Source: an uncultured bacterium (GTDB taxonomy: Bacteria; Armatimonadota; Hebobacteria; CAIYQO01). From it: a stretch of 64,000 bases of DNA. The notes below the pieces were generated by a model. It was not told where the DNA came from. It ran no database searches and saw only the letters and a program-made list of their open reading frames with translations. Of this stretch, positions 37,231 through 45,900 are shown in pieces. Both the position numbers and the translations under genes were made by a program. Numbering within the stretch: position 1 is the first letter of the stretch; each line of letters starts with the position of its first letter. Location: contig CAZPYA010000013.1 in assembly GCA_964590255.1 (NCBI GenBank), forward strand, positions 1,549 to 65,548, in the 5' to 3' direction.

Positions 37231-38328
37231 ATGCGATTCCCCATGATCTCGCTGTTGCTGCTCCTGCTGGCGATACCCGGCCTAACACAAGAAGTCCCGA
37301 TCGAGCCCTCGTCCAGCATTGCGATCTACAACATTGGCAGCGATCTCTACGCCCCGCTGGACCAATTCGCGACAGGCCTGGGCATTGCCACCTCCTGGAA
37401 AGCCGACCGCTCCGCCGTGAAGCTCACTATTGGCGCGAAAGCGCTCACGCTTATCCCCGGAGCCATTGTCGCCCTCAACGCCCAGGGACGCCGCTTCTGC
37501 CTGCCGGCCCCGCCGGTGATGCGCGACAACGGGCTTCAGGTGCCGTTGTGGCCGGTGGTCGCCGCGTTGGGGGGCAAGCGAAATGACACGACCGACGGCA
37601 GCTTCGCGACGCTGGGCGCGAAATCCGCGCTCCTCATCGCCTTGACGCCCCCCGTGCCTGCCGTCACCCCCGAGGGAATCACGGCCGACGCACTGCATGA
37701 GCCACGCCTGCCCCTGGATGCCCTTGCTGCCGGAAACGGCTTCACCGTGAAAGCGCGACCCTACCTGGAAGGCTTCGCGAAGCTCGCAAAACCGGTGCGC
37801 CCGGCGCTGAACGGCATCGCGACGTCCCAGCCGATCAAGCTGCTCGGTCACGTGCCGGTGGTCGGTTCGTTTGTCACGCTGTGCCAGGATGCCGTCGGTT
37901 CCATCAACAGCACCATCGGACTGGCCCAGCGCCTCGTGGATCTGGATACCGAATTGCTGGTGCCGATCCGCGACGGTTGCACCGCCGCGCGCGCCGTGCA
38001 GGCGACGCCCGATGCCGCCGCCATCCTGGCCGCGCGGCCAAAATGGGTCGCCGCCGCCGCCGCCGCCGAGAAGCAGCTCGCGCTGTATACCACTGCCGGC
38101 AAGCATGTCAACGGCGTCCTCTGGCGCATCAATCTCATCGACGCGAAGCTGGCCGCCATCCGCAAATCATATCCCCAGGTCACCGGAAAGCTCTCGCTGG
38201 CGCCGTTGCGGAACACCTCAAGCGATTTGCTGGTGACCATCGACGCCCAGCGCTGGCAATTGCGCACCTTGCAGGCCTACTTCACCCGCGTGCTGGATGC
38301 CAGCGCGCCGCTGCAGCCGGGAACCTGA
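37231..38328 (+). CDS. secreted protein with copper-amine-oxidase N-terminal (stalk)-like domain
   Basis: It has a signal peptide. The segments YAPLDQFATGLGIATSWKAD..KLTIGAKALTLIPG and VMRDNGLQVPL fit the pattern of that domain. The C-terminal ~200 aa are helical and unassigned. Confidence 0.6.
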   Translation: MRFPMISLLLLLLAIPGLTQEVPIEPSSSIAIYNIGSDLYAPLDQFATGLGIATSWKADRSAVKLTIGAKALTLIPGAIVALNAQGRRFCLPAPPVMRDNGLQVPLWPVVAALGGKRNDTTDGSFATLGAKSALLIALTPPVPAVTPEGITADALHEPRLPLDALAAGNGFTVKARPYLEGFAKLAKPVRPALNGIATSQPIKLLGHVPVVGSFVTLCQDAVGSINSTIGLAQRLVDLDTELLVPIRDGCTAARAVQATPDAAAILAARPKWVAAAAAAEKQLALYTTAGKHVNGVLWRINLIDAKLAAIRKSYPQVTGKLSLAPLRNTSSDLLVTIDAQRWQLRTLQAYFTRVLDASAPLQPGT

Positions 38329-38401
38329 CCACGGCGACACTTCAAAGCCGAACTGCAAAAAATTCATCATCAATCCCGCCAAGCCTACGCACGACAAGTA
38401 G

Positions 38402-38554
38402 CTACGGATTCGTCGCGCGGGACCTGCGAATCAGTTGCATGACGACGGCAATCACGGCCAGCACCAGCAGCAGGTGAATGAGCGCGCCGCCGATTTTCAG
38501 CAGCGCGCCCAGCAACCAGAACGCCAGGAGGATACTGGCAATACTCCACAACAT
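38402..38554 (-). CDS. lmo0937-family small membrane protein (50 aa), missed by the ORF track
   Basis: My own translation is MLWSIASILLAFWLLGALLKIGGALIHLLLVLAVIAVVMQLIRRSRATNP*. AAGGAGCAGG lies directly upstream of the ATG at 38554. Confidence 0.7.
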   Translation of the reverse strand: MLWSIASILLAFWLLGALLKIGGALIHLLLVLAVIAVVMQLIRRSRATNP

Positions 38555-38652
38555 ATCCTGCTCCTTGTTCATTCGCGAGTTCTATTGAAGATATCTCCGC
38601 CCGATACAGTTTTTAGCTGCCGCGCATGGTCATGGATGGGCACAACGTCGTG

Positions 38653-38702
38653 ACAACGGCGCGAGGTCCCCGAAGCTATTCTCGAGGACCTCGCGCCGTT
38701 GT
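38653..38702. repeat. perfect 17-bp inverted repeat with 16-nt loop
   Basis: ACAACGGCGCGAGGTCC (38653-38669) pairs with GGACCTCGCGCCGTTGT (38686-38702). No T-tract lies on either side. Confidence 0.7.
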
Positions 38703-38877
38703 ACATATTCCAGGTAATTCATAAACTCACGGAACGATCATCATTTAGCGGTGAAACATACCGCATCAAGCCCCCTTCCAGGGGGCGTCGCTCCCTAGCC
38801 CGGCTATTAATGGCCGGGCGGGCCGGCGATGGATGTGACGGCATCGGAATTCTGCGAGTACCTCCATATTCCTGTCC

Positions 38878-41049
38878 TTATTTTCCGGTCAGCGTCAGCG
38901 CCACCGTCTCCGTGATGTTGCCGCCGGCATCCAGTAGCTCAGCCTTCACGACATACTGGTCGACCCTGCCGACCAGCACTTCAGTGTCGAAATTCGGCGT
39001 GGTCCACTTGCCGTCGGCGCCGGTCACCACCGTCCCTTTGTAGACATCGCCTTTCAATTGCACCAGCAGCGCGATTTTGCTGTAGGTGACGGTAACGCGC
39101 ACGCTGGCGCCGGCCGGCGCATCGCCGCTGACCGCCATTTGCGCCAGCGCCTTGCTCTTATCGGCCGGGCTGGAAATGGCGAACGCCTTCACCGCGCCGG
39201 CGATCACCACCGGAGTGGGCGCATAGACGAGTTGGCTGTGCGTCGCGTCGGAGAAGACGCGGACGCTGGCGGAATTCTCGCCCAGCGCGTCCGCGGCCGT
39301 GATGGGATAGGCCAGACGGAAGGTGAAGGTGCCGGCGTCTCGCGTGGGCGCCTGCGTCAGCAGCTTCGTCCCCAAATACCATTCCAGCTTCATCGGTTCG
39401 CCGTTCAGTTTCGCGATGAAGGTCACCGTCTTGCCGGCGCTCACCGCTACCACGGCGTCATGGGTCAGTGTCGCGGTTGGCGCCGTCGTGGGCACGGCGA
39501 GGATGGTCACCTTCCACTCCGCCATCGCCGCGTTGTTCGCCTGGTCGGCCATCTGCAGGCGGATAGTGTGCGCCCCAAGCGCCAGGTTCTGCCCTTTGAA
39601 GCTCAGGCCTTTGTCGGTGATCGTCGCTGTTTTCGTCACGTCGACGCCGTCCAGTTTCAGCACCACTGCCTGCGGGTCCACTCCACTGCCGCCCGGATCG
39701 CTGAAGGCGGCGTCGATGGCCAGGTTGCGCTCATACACTTGGGTATCCTGCGCGGGCAGCAGGCGATTGAACACCGGCGCGGTGGTGTCGATGGTGATGA
39801 GTTGCGTGCTTTTCACCTCGGCCGTCGTTTCCGCGCCCAGCTTCATCACCGCGCTGATCGGCACCAGCGTGGCATTGGTGTTCGCGCCGATGGTCACCTT
39901 CTTCTGGTATTTGCCCGGCTCGACTTCCGTCAATCGTACGTTGGGGATCACGTCGCCGATCTTGGCGATGACGCTGTCCGCCGCCGGCGTGCCGGACACC
40001 TGGATGGTAATCGCGTCTCCGGCTTTTACCGGCCCGGTGTAGCCCAGCGCGCCTACGGTGAGGATCGTCGCCTTCGTCGTTACCGGCGGGGTGGGGGTGG
40101 TGGCCGTCTCCACCGGCACGGTAATCGCCCACACAGTGGTAGTGCCCGGGGTGATGCGCAGCGTCACTTCGCGGCCGTTGCCGATGGCGGTCAGCGCCAG
40201 CGCTTTGCCGGCGGCGTCGGCAGCTTTCACCTCCGGATGGAGTTGATACAGCGCGCCATCTTGCAGCATCAGCTTGTTATTGGCAATCGCCGCTATCTTG
40301 CCAACCACCTGGGTGAAGGTCGCCGCGGCGCCGGTGAGTTTTCCGTTCGCGTCGGTAGAAAACTTCACCGCGTCGCCAAGCTGCAATTCCGCGAAAGTCG
40401 CCGGCTTCACCGCGCCGTCCGCCGGACCGCGGGTAATCAGCGCGCCGGCTGCCAACGGGCGCACCAGCGTGTCGCCCTTCGCATCCAGCACCAGCAGAAT
40501 CTGCCCGACTTCCGCCGTCTTCCCGACAATCACGCCGCCATCGACGGTTTTCGCGGGCGTCACCGGGGGCGTCGGCATGGTTGGCGTCGTCGCGGCGCCT
40601 AGCGGCGGAATAGTGATGATCGCCGTCTGCAACGGACCGTTCCACTTCACTTCGCCACCGAACGCCTCCGCCGGGAAGCGCAGCGGCACGAAGGTGGTGC
40701 CGTCCATCAACGTCGGCGGCGTCGCCAACGGTATTTCTTTCTCGTCTATGATCGCCACCTTGCGATTAATCCACAACTGCACGACGGTCGTACCGCGCGT
40801 GGCGGTGATCTGCTGCGCCGCCGGGAACCATTTCACCTCCGCCTGCAGCGCCTCGAACACCGGGCGCATCGGCAGCAGCAGCGCGCCGTTCACCATCTTT
40901 ACCGGCGCTTTCAATATTTTGCCGTTCACCACCACATGGGGGCCGGGCGTCGTAAAGACTTCTTCCGGCAGTTGAATGGTACCCTGGCCATAGGCCTGCA
41001 CCGCCAGCACCAGGATCATACTCATGATGAGCAGGGGGGTTCGCATCAT
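38878..41049 (-). CDS. secreted protein: stalk-like N-terminal domain followed by multiple Ig-like/beta-sandwich repeats
   Basis: It has the signal peptide MMRTPLLIMSMILVLAVQA. The stalk-like region is VNGKILKAPVKMVNGALLLPMRPVFEAL..TTFVPLRFPAEAFGG. A long T/V/A/G-rich beta-type sequence follows. Confidence 0.65.
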   Translation of the reverse strand: MMRTPLLIMSMILVLAVQAYGQGTIQLPEEVFTTPGPHVVVNGKILKAPVKMVNGALLLPMRPVFEALQAEVKWFPAAQQITATRGTTVVQLWINRKVAIIDEKEIPLATPPTLMDGTTFVPLRFPAEAFGGEVKWNGPLQTAIITIPPLGAATTPTMPTPPVTPAKTVDGGVIVGKTAEVGQILLVLDAKGDTLVRPLAAGALITRGPADGAVKPATFAELQLGDAVKFSTDANGKLTGAAATFTQVVGKIAAIANNKLMLQDGALYQLHPEVKAADAAGKALALTAIGNGREVTLRITPGTTTVWAITVPVETATTPTPPVTTKATILTVGALGYTGPVKAGDAITIQVSGTPAADSVIAKIGDVIPNVRLTEVEPGKYQKKVTIGANTNATLVPISAVMKLGAETTAEVKSTQLITIDTTAPVFNRLLPAQDTQVYERNLAIDAAFSDPGGSGVDPQAVVLKLDGVDVTKTATITDKGLSFKGQNLALGAHTIRLQMADQANNAAMAEWKVTILAVPTTAPTATLTHDAVVAVSAGKTVTFIAKLNGEPMKLEWYLGTKLLTQAPTRDAGTFTFRLAYPITAADALGENSASVRVFSDATHSQLVYAPTPVVIAGAVKAFAISSPADKSKALAQMAVSGDAPAGASVRVTVTYSKIALLVQLKGDVYKGTVVTGADGKWTTPNFDTEVLVGRVDQYVVKAELLDAGGNITETVALTLTGK

Positions 41050-41248
41050 CGTCTCCTTTCATGGCGACCGCGACGCGGCGCCATATCCGTCCAATAAGAT
41101 ATCGCTATTGTTGCCACACAAACAATCGATAAACATTATTACTACAGAAACACCGTTTTTCCCTCTCGCGGTGTCGGCATTACTGAAAATAAGACGAAAT
41201 ATTTGTCCCAGCTTGTTCCATAGGCTTGATTGCTTTAAGATGTATTCT

Positions 41249-42118
41249 ATGAATGTAGCCCAACGAGTTACTCGGATAGAAGGATGCCTGTTGGGCATGG
41301 CCGTTGGTGACGCGCTCGGTTTGCCCCGCGAGGGATTGTCGCGCTCGCGTGCCTCCCGCCTTTTCGGCGGGTCACCGTTGCGGATGCAGTTCCTCGGCAA
41401 GTGCGGCATGATCAGCGACGACGCTGAGCATGCCGTTTTTACCGCCCAGGCGCTGCAGGCGTCGGCCGGCGATCCGCAGGCCTTTGCGCGCAACCTGGCC
41501 TGGCGCCTGCGCGGGTGGCTGCTCGGCCTGCCCGCGGGCATTGGCCTCGCTACGCTACGGGCGGTTCTCCGCCTCTGCATCGGCGTGCCGCCGTCACGCA
41601 GCGGCGTCCACTCGGCGGGGAATGGTGCTGCCATGCGCGCCCCAATACTCGGCGCCGTAATACTCGATCTCGATACCCTCCGGGCACATGTGCAGGCATC
41701 CACCCGGCTCACGCACACCGATCCCCGCGCCGAAGCTGGCGCCTGGCTCATCGCACGTGCCGCGCATGCCGGTAATGTCTCTGATCCACGCCCAATGCTG
41801 GATGAGTTGGGCACTGACATCGTCGATGATGAATTGCACCGGAATATCATGCTGATCGCACCGCATCTCGCACGCGGGGCAACGCCTGCCGACTACGCCG
41901 ACGCGCTGGGTCTGGCGCACGGCGTCAGCGGCTATGTTAACCACACTGTGCCTGTTGCGCTCTATTGCTGGCTGCGTTATCCAGACGATTTCCGCACGGC
42001 GGTAGAATCCGCCATCCTGCTCGGCGGCGATACGGACACTGTGGGCGCCATCGTTGGCGGCCTGGCCGGCGCGACCCTCGGCGCCGATGCGATACCGAAT
42101 GAATGGCTATTATCCTAA
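41249..42118 (+). CDS. ADP-ribosylglycohydrolase family protein, apparently truncated by an in-frame TAA
   Basis: It contains GCLLGMAVGDALGLPREG, AGNGAAMRAPILG and LLGGDTDTVGAIVGGLAG. The ORF stops in the middle of ..IPNEWLLS*. Confidence 0.8.
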   Translation: MNVAQRVTRIEGCLLGMAVGDALGLPREGLSRSRASRLFGGSPLRMQFLGKCGMISDDAEHAVFTAQALQASAGDPQAFARNLAWRLRGWLLGLPAGIGLATLRAVLRLCIGVPPSRSGVHSAGNGAAMRAPILGAVILDLDTLRAHVQASTRLTHTDPRAEAGAWLIARAAHAGNVSDPRPMLDELGTDIVDDELHRNIMLIAPHLARGATPADYADALGLAHGVSGYVNHTVPVALYCWLRYPDDFRTAVESAILLGGDTDTVGAIVGGLAGATLGADAIPNEWLLS

Positions 42119-42286
42119 TGGGAATGGCCACGCACCGTAGGCTGGATGCGGCGGCTGGCACATCAATTCACCGAGGAGCACCCATTGCCACTACCGCTGG
42201 ACTGGCCGGTCATCCCCGCCCGTAACCTGATATTCACCATGACCGTGCTCTGGCACGGCTTCCGCCGGCTACTGCCACCCTATTGA
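42119..42286 (+). other. in-frame 55-codon continuation of the ADP-ribosylglycohydrolase reading frame after the TAA
   Basis: The same frame continues WEWPRTVGWMRRLAHQFTEEHPLPLPLDWPVIPARNLIFTMTVLWHGFRRLLPPY* with no further stops. It ends 11 nt before the NUDIX ATG. Confidence 0.55.
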
Positions 42287-42297
42287 GAAAGGCACCC

Positions 42298-42843
42298 ATG
42301 GATCAGACACCCGAACTCCTTTGTGAAGGCCGCTTCCTCCGCTTCATGCGCCGCGGACGCTGGGAATACGTCGAGCGTCGGCAGTTGACCGGCATCGTTG
42401 GCATCGTCGCGGTAACGCCCGCCGGGGAGTTGCTGCTGGTAGAGCAGTTTCGCGAAGCCGTGCGCAACAACGTCATCGAGCTGCCCGCCGGACTGGCCGG
42501 CGACGTGCCCGGTGAGGAAGGCGAGGCGCTCGAAAACGCCGCGCAGCGCGAACTGCTGGAGGAGACCGGCTATGCCGCCGAGACGATGACTTTCCTCTGC
42601 GAAGGTCCGCCCACCGCCGGCGTCACAAACGAGGTCATCACGCTGTTTCTCGCCGATGGCCTGCGCCAGGTGGGCGAGGGTGGGGGCGACGCCAGCGAGG
42701 CGATCACCGTGCATGCCGTGCCGCTATCGAGCGTAACATCCTGGCTGGAGGAACGCCGCGCCGCCGGCATCATGGTCGACCTGCGCATCTACACCGGCCT
42801 CTATTTCCTCAACCGACTCACTCGCGGCGACGAGTCAGGATGA
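42298..42843 (+). CDS. NUDIX hydrolase, ADP-ribose pyrophosphatase-like
   Basis: The Nudix box is LPAGLAGDVPGEEGEALENAAQRELLEETGY, and the N-terminal beta region is typical of NudF-type enzymes. The start is at ATG 42298, after GAGAAAGG. Confidence 0.75.
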   Translation: MDQTPELLCEGRFLRFMRRGRWEYVERRQLTGIVGIVAVTPAGELLLVEQFREAVRNNVIELPAGLAGDVPGEEGEALENAAQRELLEETGYAAETMTFLCEGPPTAGVTNEVITLFLADGLRQVGEGGGDASEAITVHAVPLSSVTSWLEERRAAGIMVDLRIYTGLYFLNRLTRGDESG

Positions 42844-42871
42844 GTGGTCAGCCAATGGCGGCACTATTTCG

Positions 42872-42880
42872 TGATATAAT
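42872..42880 (+). promoter_or_regulatory. candidate extended -10 promoter (TGATATAAT) for the alpha-2-macroglobulin gene
   Basis: TGnTATAAT at 42872-42880, about 90 nt upstream of ATG 42972, with an A-tract just downstream. Confidence 0.4.
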
Positions 42881-42971
42881 AAAAAAACTTCGTTCCGCCG
42901 GGAACAATCCGCACACCACCGCGGTCAAATAGGCAAACAACGCCCATCTCGCATGAAAGGGATGCTCGACG

Positions 42972-45900
42972 ATGAAATACCTTCGCGTGTTACTGCTGCT
43001 GGCCCTCTGCGCCGTGCCGCTGCTGTTCCTGGGTCCGCTGCGCCCGGTCAGTGGCCAGGCCCCCGACCCGAAAATCCGGGAAAACGCCACCCAGGCCATG
43101 GGTAAAGGTAACTGGAAAGACGCCTATGCCGACCTGTCCCGGCTGGCGCTGGATCCGCAAAACGATCCCGGCAAAGTCGGACAGGACCTGCAGAACGCCA
43201 TCCAGTGCCTGCGGCAGTTGGGTCGCGTGGACGAGATCGACGACCTGCGCGAAAAGGCCATCGCCCTGCACGCGAAGAATTGGCGCCTGCTGTTCGCCGC
43301 GGCGCAGTCGCTGCAGAACGATCAGCATAACGGCTTCATGATCGCCGGCAAGTTCGCCCGCGGCGGCCATCGCGGCGGCGGCAAATGGGTAAACTGCTAC
43401 GAGCGCGACCGCGTGCGCGCCCTGCAACTCATGGAGCAGGCGCTGGCGCACATCGAGCCGACCGACAACCGCGTCGAAGTGAGCAACTTCTACGCGACCT
43501 TCGCCGGCATGATGATGGGCAATCGCGGCTGGTCGGAATCCTGGCGGTTGCAATACCTCACCGATATCGCCTCGCTGCCCGACTACGACGAAGGCTATTA
43601 TTACGGGTATGGCTCCGGCCGTGGCGCCCCGGTCGACGAAAACGGCGACCCCATTTTCTTCGGCGTGCCCGATGGCTGGAAAACCGCGCAGAATGACGGC
43701 GAGCGCTGGCGCTACCTCATCGCGATGAGCGTGCTGGCGCAGCCCGAGCGCGAAGCGGAAATGCAAATGCAATTCGCCGGATTCCTTCACGCGCAGTTCG
43801 GCGTGGAGACGCTGGCCCGCTACAGTTGGTTCGCCCGCTCGTTCGAGGCCGACGGCGGCAAGCCCGGCCGCTACGCCGTGCAGACGCTCACCGACGCCGA
43901 GACGATGGCGCGCCTCGCCACCGGTCCGAAGCGTTTCGCGCTGCCCGACGAGCATAACCCCATCCTCATCTATCAGCAGGTGGCGCAGGGGAACTCCTCA
44001 TATCGCAAGCAGGCCATCGCCACGCTGGCGCAAATCTTCGAGAATCGCCGGCAATATGATCGCGCCGTCGCCTGCTGGCGGCTGCTCATCGACGATAAGA
44101 ACTACAACGCCCAGCACCGCATCAATCAGATTCTCGGCAACTGGGGCATGTTCGAGCCGGTGGTCACCCAGCCAGCCGGCCAAGGCGCCACCATCGAGTT
44201 CCGCTTCCGCAATGCCAACTCCGTCAATCTGACTGCGAAGGCTATCGACATCAAGGCGCTGCTGAACGACGTGCGGACCCACATAAAATCCAATCCCAAC
44301 CGCCTGGAATGGAACCAGATCGAGATCGGCAACCTCGGCTATCGCCTGGTGCAGGAGAAACAGACGAAATACATCGGCGAGCAGGTGGCGGAGTGGGATG
44401 CTCCGCTCACTCCGCGCCCGAATCACTTCGACCGCCGCGTGACGCTGCGGACGCCGCTGAAAACCGCCGGCGCTTACGAGCTCACCGCGCGCATGCCCAA
44501 CGGCAACATCAGCAAGATCATTATCTGGGTCGCCGACCTGGCCATCGTGAAGAAGCCGCTCAACAACGCCGTCTTCTACTATGTGGCCGACGCCGTCACG
44601 GGCAAGCCCATCGCCAATGCCGCGTTGGACTTCTTCGGATATCGCCAGCGCTGGGTCAACACCACGAACGGGCAGGGGAAACACGAGATCACCACCGCCG
44701 GCTTCCAGAAATCCACCGACGCGGACGGCCAGCTCATCCTCGCCGGCACTGACCAGCCGAACGATTTCCAGTGGCTCATCACCGCCACCGCCGGCAACCG
44801 CTTCACCTATCACGGCTTCACCGGTGCCTGGTATCAGCCGCTGCAGAACCCGGTCTTCGAGAACGCGAAGGCGTTCGTCATCACCGACCGCCCGGTGTAT
44901 CGCCCCGAGCAGACGGTGAAATTCAAGTTCTGGGTGAACCAGGCGAAATACGACCTCGACGGCAAGTGCCCCTACGCCGGCATGCAGTTCACCGTGCGCG
45001 TCAATAACCCGATGGGCGAAAAAGCGCAGGAAAAAACCTATACCGCCGATGCCTACGGCGGCTTTGATGGCGAGTTCAAACCCGACGGCGCCGCCAAGCT
45101 GGGCGTCTACAGCATCCAGCTCATCAACGGCAAGGTGTATGGCGGCGGCAGCTTCCGCCTGGAAGAGTATAAAAAGCCGGAGTTCGAGGTGAAGGTGCAG
45201 GCGCCCACCGAGCCGGTGGCCCTCGGCGAAACCATCACCGCCCGCATCGAGGCGAAATACCTCTTCGGCGCCCCCGTCACCAATGCGAAAGTCAAATACA
45301 AAGTGCTGCGCAGTGGCCACACCGCTGACTGGTACCCGGTGGACCGCTGGGATTGGCTCTACCGGCCCGGCTACTGGTGGTACGGCTACGACTACGCCTG
45401 GTACCCCGGCTGGCGCGACTGGGGCTGCGTGCGGCCCATGCCCATCTGGTGGGGCTACCGCGGACAGCCGCAGCCCGAGCTGATCGCCGAAGCGGAAGTG
45501 CCCGTCGGCGCCGACGGCACCGTGCCGGTCACCATCGACACCGCGCTGGCGAAGGAGTTGCTGGGCGATACCGATCACCGCTATGAGATTACCGCGGAAG
45601 TCACCGATTCATCGCGCCGCACCATCGTCGGTACCGGCTCGGTGCTGGTGTCGCGCAAGCCATTCAAAATCTATGCCTGGCTCGATTCCGGTCATTATCG
45701 CGTCGGCGACGCCATCCAGGCGAATTTCAACGCCCACACCCTCAACGGCAACCCGGTGAAGGGCCGCGGCATCGTGCGCCTGCTGAAAGTCGCCTATAAG
45801 ACCGACCCCATGGGCAACGACGTGCCGGTCGAGACGGAAGTGCAGCGCTGGCCGCTGGACACCCGCGACGACGGCACCGCCCGGCTACAGATGAAAGCCG

